Of a stretch of DNA of 64,000 nucleotides, positions 56,247 to 64,000 are shown piece by piece. Numbering within the stretch: the stretch's first letter is position 1; every line of letters begins with the position of its first letter. This stretch comes from a virus (lineage: Duplodnaviria > Caudoviricetes), in the IMG/VR virus record IMGVR_UViG_2740892469_000001, positions 16,971 to 80,970 of that record; one strand, given 5' to 3'. The position numbers and the translations under genes are program-made. A model generated the notes under the pieces. It was not told the origin of the DNA. It made no database searches and worked only from the letters and a program-made list of their open reading frames with translations.

Positions 56247-58134
56247 CAATAATTTTTTTCAAATGATGGAAGAGCTTCGTCAGTATATTGACTGGCTGAA
56301 CCAAATACTAATAGGTGGCGAGCAAGACACTGTTACCGTCGGTGGCGTTATCAAACCTTCAGTGAGCAAAGACATCGCAGATAAATGGTCCGCAATACAA
56401 GCGATGGTTCAAGGTCGACAGGCTTACGAAACCCGAGCTAGTTTGCCTGTCTTTCCACCTGAAAATATTGTTCTTGCTGAAGTTTGGCGCGACTCGAAGC
56501 CGGAAAATAATGGTCTATACGGTTGGACTGGGACGATATGGGAAAAGTCGCCTTATGATGTATCACTGTTAGCCAATGCACTGTTTGATAAAGCTGAATT
56601 TCGCGTTGATGAACTAGGGCTTGAAAACGTTAACAAAAATACTAGCAATACGGAGTTTGCGGTCACAGACAGAAATGGCCGTCAAGCCATTGGGGTGCGT
56701 TCGAATGGCGCGGTTGAGTTCTCTGGTTTATTAACGGAATTGGCAGGTGATTCTGGCGATCTGTTGTTTATGAACCAGTTTAACCAAATCCTTTTGCAGC
56801 TTTTGGCCGATGGCACGTTGAGTGTCGCCAATATGAACTTTGAAGCGCGAGACGGCGGTGAAGAGCTCGTGGTGCTCGACAGCAAAAATAGAATCGCCTT
56901 GAAAGTAAATGATGATGGCACGATTGAAATTCCTGGTCTCAAACTGGAAAAGTTAGGCTTTGATGATGTTGAATTGACCGTAAACCGTCTTATCGAGCCT
57001 AAGGATTTAAATCTACCACCGTTGTCTGAACTGACGCAGCTCATTATGTACGGGCAGTCGTTATCGGTTGGTGCCGAAGGTGAGCCTGCCATATCCATTC
57101 AAGACAGTCCCGTTGATTACATGTTTTCACACGGTGCCTATGTTGAATCCAATACCATCCCCGAGTTTTACCCTCTGATGCCTTACAAAGAGGGCACCGC
57201 GAATCGTAACCGTGAAACCCCACAAGCGGGTGTCTTGCAAATGATTCATGACTTATGTGATCGAGAAAATGGTGGGCTTCAGTTGGCGTTCTTGATGGGA
57301 GGCGCTGGCCGCAGTTCGACCAAGATTGAAGAACTGTCAAAGGGCACGGTGAATTTCGCAAGATTTGAACAAATGGTTCTCAACGGGCAAGAAGCTGCGA
57401 AACGAGATGGTCGTGGCACTTCGTTAGCTGGAGTGTTTTGGGTTCAAGGTGAAAATGACCTCGGCAACCCAGACTCAGAAGCTTATGTCACTCAACTGCT
57501 CAAACTCAGAAAGGACATGCAAGCTATCCGAAGTGGCAACCAAGTGGCGAACTTGCCGATGTTTAGTTACCAAACGGCACCAGCCTTGTATCGCACCGAT
57601 GATCGCATGTGGGGAGTGCCTAATGCTCAGATGCTCGCTTCTGAGCTAGATCCACTTATCTTTATTGCCACTCCGACGTATTGGATGGATTTCGTTGCCG
57701 ATGAAATCCACATGCCGAATTACAGTTACAAGTTGTTGGGCGCTTATTTAGGCAAAGCATGGAAACGCGTGATGGTGGATGGCATTAAGTGGAAACCACT
57801 ATCTCCAGTGTCTTTCAGTTACTCAGGGAACAGTGTTGACATTAAGCTTCACGTTCCAAATAAGGGCTTAGTCATCGAACCCGGTGAGTCTCACGCAGGT
57901 TTTCGTTTAAAGGATTTAAATGGTGAAGCGGTTATTCAGTCTGTCGAAATCGTTAATGACAATGCGATTCGAATCAAAGCTGATCGAACGTTGTCGTCGC
58001 CATTACAAATCAGCTATGCCCGATTCCATGATGGGTGTGTTCGTGACACGGCCACTGAGCATGAGCACATCAACATCGATGGCGTTGTTCACCCTCTTCA
58101 CAATTATCTAGTCGCTTTCATGAAGGAAATTTAA
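56236..58134 (+). CDS. Tail-associated SGNH / sialate-O-acetylesterase-like protein, 632 aa
   Basis: YGQSLSVG, WVQGEND and DEIH blocks; three internal ~23-aa repeats; tail-anchor N-terminus. Confidence 0.75.
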   Translation: MTNSNNFFQMMEELRQYIDWLNQILIGGEQDTVTVGGVIKPSVSKDIADKWSAIQAMVQGRQAYETRASLPVFPPENIVLAEVWRDSKPENNGLYGWTGTIWEKSPYDVSLLANALFDKAEFRVDELGLENVNKNTSNTEFAVTDRNGRQAIGVRSNGAVEFSGLLTELAGDSGDLLFMNQFNQILLQLLADGTLSVANMNFEARDGGEELVVLDSKNRIALKVNDDGTIEIPGLKLEKLGFDDVELTVNRLIEPKDLNLPPLSELTQLIMYGQSLSVGAEGEPAISIQDSPVDYMFSHGAYVESNTIPEFYPLMPYKEGTANRNRETPQAGVLQMIHDLCDRENGGLQLAFLMGGAGRSSTKIEELSKGTVNFARFEQMVLNGQEAAKRDGRGTSLAGVFWVQGENDLGNPDSEAYVTQLLKLRKDMQAIRSGNQVANLPMFSYQTAPALYRTDDRMWGVPNAQMLASELDPLIFIATPTYWMDFVADEIHMPNYSYKLLGAYLGKAWKRVMVDGIKWKPLSPVSFSYSGNSVDIKLHVPNKGLVIEPGESHAGFRLKDLNGEAVIQSVEIVNDNAIRIKADRTLSSPLQISYARFHDGCVRDTATEHEHINIDGVVHPLHNYLVAFMKEI

Positions 58135-58136
58135 TT

Positions 58137-58820
58137 ATGGCTACTGTTATTCGCTTAAATAACGCCAATTTTGACAACCCGAACTTACCTGTCTTTTTTC
58201 CTGTAGAGGCTGAAGGGTTGATTGCTGGCTACACTTTTGATGGTCGTATCTCCACATTAGCAGGTGGTCAGTTGAGCATCACAGGTAATCCTATTTTGGA
58301 TGAGTCAGGCATTACCATTAATAGTGCCACCGACATCATCACGACCAATGTTGTCGATGCTGAGCACGAAGAACTGACCGTGTTTATGGTGGGTAAGCGT
58401 GTTGCCACTCCTGCCGTGAATAGCTTTATGGTCGGTACGTATACCGATGGTTTTACTGTCTATTCTCAAGCAGGTAAGTTGATCATTTGGGGCAAGGACA
58501 GTGTTGATGGCTCTGCGGTTCAACCAAGCACGCTCGCGTTTGATGTTGATAGCCCATTCCTGTCAGTTTCTCAGCGAAGCCAAAACATGGTTAAGTTGAG
58601 CGTGCCTGGACTGAACATGGTGGCATCTAAAACGTCGGAGAACCCAATCTCGAAATCAATGGATAAAATCCGTCTGGGTGAGAGCCAAGTGGGACGAGAG
58701 CCTATCATCCACGTCTCGGCACTACTTATTTACAACAAGCTGTTGGATGAACAGACCATCAGCAAAGTGAATAGCCAGTTACGCAGCTACTTCTCTCCTT
58801 TAAACATCAATGTGCAATAA
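58137..58820 (+). CDS. Putative lectin/ConA-like tail accessory protein, 227 aa
   Basis: Beta-rich; C-terminal IRLG...LLIYNKLL pattern; follows the esterase. Confidence 0.55.
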   Translation: MATVIRLNNANFDNPNLPVFFPVEAEGLIAGYTFDGRISTLAGGQLSITGNPILDESGITINSATDIITTNVVDAEHEELTVFMVGKRVATPAVNSFMVGTYTDGFTVYSQAGKLIIWGKDSVDGSAVQPSTLAFDVDSPFLSVSQRSQNMVKLSVPGLNMVASKTSENPISKSMDKIRLGESQVGREPIIHVSALLIYNKLLDEQTISKVNSQLRSYFSPLNINVQ

Positions 58821-58825
58821 ATGTT

Positions 58826-59362
58826 ATGAAAGCCATAGAGGTTTATTACGCCTCTGCTCCTGTCGATAAAATCCCCATCCACACCATAGAAATTAAAAAT
58901 GAAGATGCGTATCAGAAAGGCGAGCCGGAATCGGTCATTCGTCTGGCTGACGGTTTCTATCATCTTGAAGTTGATGGTGTGGAAGGCATTTATCTTGGGC
59001 TAGAGACAGGGGTAGAGACCTTCTTTCGAGCGTCGGCGTTCGGGGTGTCATTACCGGGTAAAAGCGTCAAAGGGAAACAGAACCTGCAATTCCAGATTGA
59101 TAACGTGACGGGCGAGGCCCGTCGCTTTATTGATAAAGCCATGGAAGATGGCAGCAAAGTGACCATCACGTATCGCTTTTACTTGTATCCCCATGTCTCG
59201 GCACCTGCCGAGCCACCCCTCACGCTGACGGCGGTCAGTGAAAAAGACAACATCCAAACCGTTGGCGTTGTCGCGTCGTTTCATGACTTGGTGAACCGAG
59301 CATGGCCGAAACGCCGCTACACGCCAACGATCACCAAAGGACTCAAGTACCAGGGGAACTAA
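58826..59362 (+). CDS. Tail tip protein, gpL-like (DUF1833)
   Basis: YASAP...TIEI...LQFQIDNVTGE...TYRFYL...WP.RRY. Confidence 0.85.
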   Translation: MKAIEVYYASAPVDKIPIHTIEIKNEDAYQKGEPESVIRLADGFYHLEVDGVEGIYLGLETGVETFFRASAFGVSLPGKSVKGKQNLQFQIDNVTGEARRFIDKAMEDGSKVTITYRFYLYPHVSAPAEPPLTLTAVSEKDNIQTVGVVASFHDLVNRAWPKRRYTPTITKGLKYQGN

Positions 59363-59787
59363 TGACTTTAAATGAGTTAATGGCGGTGCCTTATCTTGAT
59401 CATGGTCGTGACGAGCATGGTCTGGATTGTTGGGGCTTTGTTCGTTTGGTTCGCCACCTTCACCACGGCTTATCCCTATTGGACAGCTTTGGGACCGTGG
59501 ACCCAGACGACAAAGCAGGCATGACCGACGCCTATCACCAATTGGTGGGTGGTTATGTTGAAACCGCCCCGATAGACGGCGCAATCGCATGCCATCTGAT
59601 TGAAGATACTTTGGTGCATGTGGGTGTCGTGGTGAATGAAAACGGGCTGAAAGTGGCTCAAACAGGGCGAAAAATGGGCCGACCTTGGCTCTGTCGCCTG
59701 TCTGATTTTGAGCGTATGTCACTAATTACGAGGTACTACATCGAACATGACTGTACTAGCGGTTTATCCCAACAAGCTCAATCGTAG
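59362..59787 (+). CDS. NlpC/P60 tail assembly protein (gpK-like)
   Basis: PY..HGRD..GLDCWG...HVGVV. Confidence 0.85.
   Translation: MTLNELMAVPYLDHGRDEHGLDCWGFVRLVRHLHHGLSLLDSFGTVDPDDKAGMTDAYHQLVGGYVETAPIDGAIACHLIEDTLVHVGVVVNENGLKVAQTGRKMGRPWLCRLSDFERMSLITRYYIEHDCTSGLSQQAQS
59490..59505. promoter_or_regulatory. sopC-like centromere site 6
   Basis: TGGGACCGTGGACCCA. Confidence 0.65.
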
Positions 59788-62560
59788 TAAGTGCGAGTTT
59801 ACCCCAATCAAACCTGGGCAAACGCTCAATGATTGGATGGCTGCGAACATCAAAGGTTACTACGTATCAGAAACGCCGCCGTTTTCTTATTTCGTGAATA
59901 AAAAACAGCGCACTTGCTCAGATTGGTTTGATTATGTTTGGCAAGACGGTGACTTAGTGGAGTTGGTTGCCGAGCCGAAAGACCCTGCAAGTATCGCTTA
60001 TGCGGTGATCGCGGTGGTGGCGGCTGGCGCGGCCATCTACGCCATGAACCAAATCCCTGACAACTTCCAGAAAACCATGCCAGAAGGCAGTCCGATTTAT
60101 GAAGCCAACGCACAAGGCAACCGAGTGCGATTGATGGGGATCATCCCTGAGCTGTTTGGACGCCACAAAACCTTCCCTGACATCATCAGTGAGCCGCATT
60201 GGTATTTCTCAGAAGATGAAGAGTATCTGCTCATGATGACCGCCATTGGCAATGGCGAGTTTGAGCTTACGGGCGACGACATCACCATCAGTGACACGCC
60301 TGTGTCGAAATACGCAGGGGACATCAGTTATCAAGTGTTTTCGCCAGGGGAGGACGTGACCAGCCACCCAGCGCACGAAAACATTTACACCTCACGCGAG
60401 GTCGGTTCGACGTCTTCCACGGCTGGGATCGAGCTAGAAGGGCCGATTAACTCCATCACTCCGAGCCAAGTCAATGTGGTGGACGATACGCTCGGCGTGG
60501 TGAGCGATGTGGATGGACTCGCAACAGAATACTGGCCTGTTGAATGGGAAGCTGGCCACATCATCAAAATATCCGGTTCGCCTGGTATTCGTGAGATCAC
60601 CGAAGCAAGTGGTGATGGTGGCTGGCGAAACGAAAATGGGGCAGACATTCTTAACTTTTGGTCGCGTGACCCTGATTTACACAATTGTAATCAAGGCGAT
60701 TATGTTGAATACCCGACCAACTATTACGTCCCACATGAAGCCGACCCCGTGGTGGAATATTCAGTGGGCATGGTGGACATCAAGCAAACGTTCGAGGTCA
60801 ATGGCGAGACGTTCTATGCGCTGCGCATCTTAAATGGTGAGGGCTACTGGATAACGGTCGACACCGTACCGTCAGAAACGCGCCATCATCCCATCAAGTT
60901 TCACGGCACGGACGATGGCCGCTATATCATCCGTGAAGCGAACAACCCGAAAGGCCGAGTCGATAGGCTGTATCCCGAAGGGACGAAAGCGCAGGTGTGG
61001 TGGGATGTCTTCACGCATCAAGGCGAGAACAAAGGGTGGACGCTTGAAACCGAAGTGGCACTGCCTGGTAAACCTGCAGGCCCACACTTTGCCTGCCCAG
61101 CCTCAGAGGTGGCCGATAAGATTTACATCGACTTCAAACACCCTGACGGCCTTGGATACGTGAACAAGAATGGCGACACCAACGCGCTCACTGTCGAGGC
61201 CATGATTGAATGGCGCGGAGAGGGAGAAACTGAGTGGAACCAAGTCAAGTACGAACGCCGAGACGGCACTCGCGATCAGCTTGCGGAAACCGTCGAAATT
61301 GACTTAGGTCGTAAAGTTCGCCCTGAAGTACGCGTGTATCGCATCACAAACGACAATAAAGACCTCAAGTATTTGGATCGCATCGAGTACCGCCGATTGA
61401 AAGCGCGACTTGATAGCAACACCAAGTATGACGACTTCACCACCATCGCCTTCAAAATCCGTGGCAGTAACTCGCTCTCGCGTAGCGCGGAGAATAAGCT
61501 GGGCGTGGTGCCAACCCGTAAGCTGCAAATTCCAGATGGGCTAGGAGGTTGGACGCAAGAGCTTTACCCGACCCGAGACATAGCACCGGCTATCCGCTAC
61601 ATCATTCTTGATAGTGGATTGAGTGATGTTCACATCGGTCATTACGAGCTGCTGCGTTTGCATGAGGTTTGGAAAGCCAGAGGGGATACGTTCGACGCAG
61701 TATTCACCGACAGCAGCACCTTGTTCGAGGTATTGAAGAAAGTCTTGCTCGTCGGTTACGCAGAGCCAACGCTCAAATACGGTCAAATCATTCCGGTACG
61801 GGATGAGCCAAGAACCACTTTTGATTTTCAGTACCAACCGGACAACATGCTTGGTAAAGGCTTGGAGCGCTCAGGCAGCTTTATTCGCGAAGAAGAGCCC
61901 GACGGTGTGGAGGTGGAATACTTCTCCACTCTGACATGGAAACCGGAAACCATAATGTGCTTGCTGCCTGGTGACCTCGGCATCAAACCGGAGAAAGTCA
62001 GAGCGTTTGGTGTGACCGACCCAACTAAAGCGTGGCAATTTGGTATGCGAGTGCGACGTAAGAAGCGCTACCGACGCTTTCAGTATTCATTCCAAACTGA
62101 GATGGATGCCTTTAACTCTAACTACCTCGATTACGTTGCTTTGGGTGACGATGTGCCAGGTTACGCGCAAAGCGGCAGGTTAGAAGGGTTTAGCATTCAG
62201 AACGGCAAGACGCACCTATGGCTGGACTTGCCACTGGAATGGGAAAGCGGAGTGCATCACATCACCGTCCGAAAACCCGATGGTAGGGCATCAGGGCCGC
62301 ATGTTTGCACCAAAGGGAGTCATCCTAACGAAGTCATCATCACCAGTAACTTGGGCTTTACGCCCTCACTCGACGGTGAAATGGAACCGCCATTGTGGCT
62401 GTTTGGTCCAGCGGATAAGTGGTGTTATCCAGCGCTCATTAATGATGTGACGCCACAAGGCACTGAGAAGTGCAGCGTTAAGGCGGTGAACTATGATGTG
62501 CGCGTGTATGAGGATGATAACAACGAACCCGACGAACAGGGATACCCAAAAGTGGCTTAG
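59747..62560 (+). CDS. Tail tip / host specificity protein J, 937 aa
   Basis: AQGNRVRL...IPELFG...PD, TRDIAPA, RGDTFD, DGVEVEY, AVNYDVRVY. Confidence 0.88.
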   Translation: MTVLAVYPNKLNRSKCEFTPIKPGQTLNDWMAANIKGYYVSETPPFSYFVNKKQRTCSDWFDYVWQDGDLVELVAEPKDPASIAYAVIAVVAAGAAIYAMNQIPDNFQKTMPEGSPIYEANAQGNRVRLMGIIPELFGRHKTFPDIISEPHWYFSEDEEYLLMMTAIGNGEFELTGDDITISDTPVSKYAGDISYQVFSPGEDVTSHPAHENIYTSREVGSTSSTAGIELEGPINSITPSQVNVVDDTLGVVSDVDGLATEYWPVEWEAGHIIKISGSPGIREITEASGDGGWRNENGADILNFWSRDPDLHNCNQGDYVEYPTNYYVPHEADPVVEYSVGMVDIKQTFEVNGETFYALRILNGEGYWITVDTVPSETRHHPIKFHGTDDGRYIIREANNPKGRVDRLYPEGTKAQVWWDVFTHQGENKGWTLETEVALPGKPAGPHFACPASEVADKIYIDFKHPDGLGYVNKNGDTNALTVEAMIEWRGEGETEWNQVKYERRDGTRDQLAETVEIDLGRKVRPEVRVYRITNDNKDLKYLDRIEYRRLKARLDSNTKYDDFTTIAFKIRGSNSLSRSAENKLGVVPTRKLQIPDGLGGWTQELYPTRDIAPAIRYIILDSGLSDVHIGHYELLRLHEVWKARGDTFDAVFTDSSTLFEVLKKVLLVGYAEPTLKYGQIIPVRDEPRTTFDFQYQPDNMLGKGLERSGSFIREEEPDGVEVEYFSTLTWKPETIMCLLPGDLGIKPEKVRAFGVTDPTKAWQFGMRVRRKKRYRRFQYSFQTEMDAFNSNYLDYVALGDDVPGYAQSGRLEGFSIQNGKTHLWLDLPLEWESGVHHITVRKPDGRASGPHVCTKGSHPNEVIITSNLGFTPSLDGEMEPPLWLFGPADKWCYPALINDVTPQGTEKCSVKAVNYDVRVYEDDNNEPDEQGYPKVA

Positions 62561-62603
62561 GTGAAAATCTAAGCCTTTTTTATAACCATAAAAAGGAAAT
62601 GAT

Positions 62604-62864
62604 ATGAAGCGAATTTGGTCGCTGTTTATGCGCGTCCTGCTGGCGCTGAACATGTTTGTGCTGCACTTGCTTACTGGTCAGTCTGATCTCACGATTAGCG
62701 GTTGGAGTTACATTCGTGTACGACAAGGTAAGCGCTCGCCCATCAAGTTGATTGATTGGCTGTTCTTGAAGCTATTCAAGCAGGAGGACCATTGCCGAAA
62801 GGCGTTTGAATGGGAAGTCGATCAGGCGCGAAAGTTTTACCACAACTACCGACCCTATATTTAG
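62604..62864 (+). CDS. Small phage protein, 86 aa
   Basis: RBS AAGGA; pattern G..D.TIS...ID.LF...DHC..A...E seen in tail-adjacent phage proteins. Confidence 0.7.
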   Translation: MKRIWSLFMRVLLALNMFVLHLLTGQSDLTISGWSYIRVRQGKRSPIKLIDWLFLKLFKQEDHCRKAFEWEVDQARKFYHNYRPYI

Positions 62865-62881
62865 GGCTGTATGCGCCGCTA

Positions 62882-62897
62882 TGTGTCCATGGACCCA
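62882..62897. promoter_or_regulatory. sopC-like centromere site 7
   Basis: TGTGTCCATGGACCCA, intergenic. Confidence 0.65.
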
Positions 62898-62928
62898 AAA
62901 CCATGGCCTAGCAACAATATGAATCAAG

Positions 62929-62962
62929 AAGGGCCACTGCATTGCGCGGTGGCCCTTTTTTT
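62929..62962 (+). terminator. End-of-late-operon terminator
   Basis: AAGGGCCACTGC-ATTGC-GCGGTGGCCC-T7. Confidence 0.85.
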
Positions 62963-62990
62963 GTGTCTATTTTTCGCCGTTCGCAGTTAT

Positions 62991-63176
62991 CTATTGCGGA
63001 TTGGTCGAGTAAGCGATATCCCGATCATTATCTTTACTCTTTAGCTCACTGACTGCCCTTTGCAGAGTCATACTGCAAGAAATGCTCATCTCCTCAGTAA
63101 TCACCATTCCAGGCTCTGCCGACAGTGCCATCATTTCCAGCTCTCCAATAAGTTTTTTTATATCCCAGTTTTTCAT
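62991..63176 (-). CDS. Small ORF, 61 aa, divergent from the XRE regulator (candidate antirepressor)
   Basis: RBS TAAGG; helical sequence; function inferred only from gene arrangement. Confidence 0.6.
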   Translation of the reverse strand: MKNWDIKKLIGELEMMALSAEPGMVITEEMSISCSMTLQRAVSELKSKDNDRDIAYSTNPQ

Positions 63177-63378
63177 ACAACCTTAGTCCAACTATGATTA
63201 TTTTATGCATTTTGATTTGCATATTCAGAATACGGATAATCTGAAATGCGCAAGGGCTTGTTTATTGCCCTTAAGACGTTGTTTTTACATAACGAGCTCT
63301 TCTGGCACGTTTGTTGGTTTGGATAGTATCAATAATCCAATGTTTTCAAGTGAACGCATATATCGATTATTGATAATG

Positions 63379-63394
63379 CCGTCATTAATGACGG
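63379..63394. promoter_or_regulatory. Perfect 16-bp palindrome, candidate operator
   Basis: CCGTCATTAATGACGG, about 40 bp upstream of the XRE gene. Confidence 0.55.
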
Positions 63395-63432
63395 ATTTAT
63401 AGTAAATTCATATCAAAACTGGCGTGTGTTTT

Positions 63433-63759
63433 ATGAGCAAGATAGATCCAATAGTCTATGTGTTGCGCAGATACCGAGAAAACAAAGGCATATCACAAGA
63501 AAAAATGTCAGCTTTAACAGGGATCAGTTTGAGCACAATACAAAGAATTGAGAGTGGCCGAACGGACATGAAACTCGGGCAATATCGGGAATATTTGCGC
63601 GTGTTGGAAATGTCGGACATGGACGTATCCATTGACCTTTTCTCGCATGAGTTCGTCTCGGAAAAGGATGTGGCCGCGATGGCGAGAAAGTTCCCTTTAA
63701 AGGTGAAGCGAGTGCTGGTGAAGTTTTTAGAGGAGCTGTCCGAAGCGCTAAAGCATTAA
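63433..63759 (+). CDS. XRE-family HTH transcription factor, 108 aa
   Basis: LRRYRENKGISQEKMSALTGISLSTIQRIESG. Confidence 0.88.
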   Translation: MSKIDPIVYVLRRYRENKGISQEKMSALTGISLSTIQRIESGRTDMKLGQYREYLRVLEMSDMDVSIDLFSHEFVSEKDVAAMARKFPLKVKRVLVKFLEELSEALKH

Positions 63760-63782
63760 CGGCACCGTGTGGTGCCGTTTTT
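63758..63782. terminator. Terminator between convergent genes
   Basis: AACGGCACC-GTGT-GGTGCCGTTTTT. Confidence 0.75.
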
Positions 63783-63792
63783 GGTTTAAGGG

Positions 63793-63948
63793 TTATTGAC
63801 GCGCTAAATGCTGATAGCACTGTTTGGCAACGGCTTCGCCCATAAAATCGCCTTGGCCTTTGAGCCATTCAATCACATCATGAGCTTCGAAATTTAAAAG
63901 CTCTGGTAGAGTTGCGTTTCTAAATTTGCTATATTGTTCTTCAGACAT
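63793..63948 (-). CDS. Small ORF, 51 aa (MSEEQYSKFRNATLPELL...), absent from the ORF track
   Basis: RBS AGGAG; converges on the XRE gene at a shared terminator. Confidence 0.6.
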   Translation of the reverse strand: MSEEQYSKFRNATLPELLNFEAHDVIEWLKGQGDFMGEAVAKQCYQHLARQ

Positions 63949-64000
63949 AATCGTCTCCTGGCGGTTTTGGTTGTGTCTTAAACCCCAGTTGCAGCTGGGG

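Larger units (their letters stand above)
1..64000. mobile_element. Linear phage-plasmid (N15-like telomere phage) with lambda-like head and siphovirus tail; extends beyond both window edges
   Basis: Protelomerase, N15-type RepA, cB/cro/Q, cos site and lambda-like morphogenesis genes; no integrase or host genes seen. Confidence 0.95.

Noticed and set aside
59051-59722. 223-aa antisense ORF and the many other antisense ORFs over structural genes
   Set aside because: They lie opposite well-supported genes and show no recognisable motifs.
56236-62560. Diversity-generating retroelement or invertible tail-fibre system
   Set aside because: No reverse transcriptase, invertase or template/variable repeat pair was seen.
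30232-62897. CRISPR array or REP-like repeats
   Set aside because: The 16-bp palindromes are kilobases apart with no repeat-spacer periodicity, and there are no cas genes.

Overview
This window is a Vibrio-type linear phage-plasmid (telomere phage of the N15/phiKO2/PY54/VP882 class). Host inference: the SSB tail ...[18 protein letters not shown]...[14 protein letters not shown] looks Vibrio-like. Positions 1-47030 form one giant palindrome centred between 23515 and 23516 (mirror rule x -> 47031-x), with protelomerase genes facing outward from the centre. This is what a covalently closed hairpin telomere looks like when read through, or a head-to-head replication dimer, so the unique sequence is 23516-64000. 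Gene order from the telomere: telN; four small genes; repA (PriCT-2/Toprim/SF2 helicase); cB/cro immunity region; CII/YdaT-like gene; Q; a long early accessory operon (Lar-like, AP2, Eac-like, RdgC-FtsK-gamma fusion, SSB, ASCH, an amber-interrupted ORF, a PHD-like zinc finger); late promoter; lysis cassette; a structured RNA-like region and tRNA-Ser(GCT); a lambda-like cos; a complete lambda-like head and siphovirus tail with an SGNH esterase tail protein; and a divergent small-ORF/XRE regulator pair near the right edge. Non-coding signals found by eye: seven dispersed sopC-like 16-bp sites, a predicted ~77-nt antisense RNA against the repA leader, a candidate origin inside repA, repressor operators, and two families of repeats at gene starts. 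All family calls come from motif recognition, not database searches. Arm identity was judged from the identical mirrored ORF track and spot checks, not base by base.
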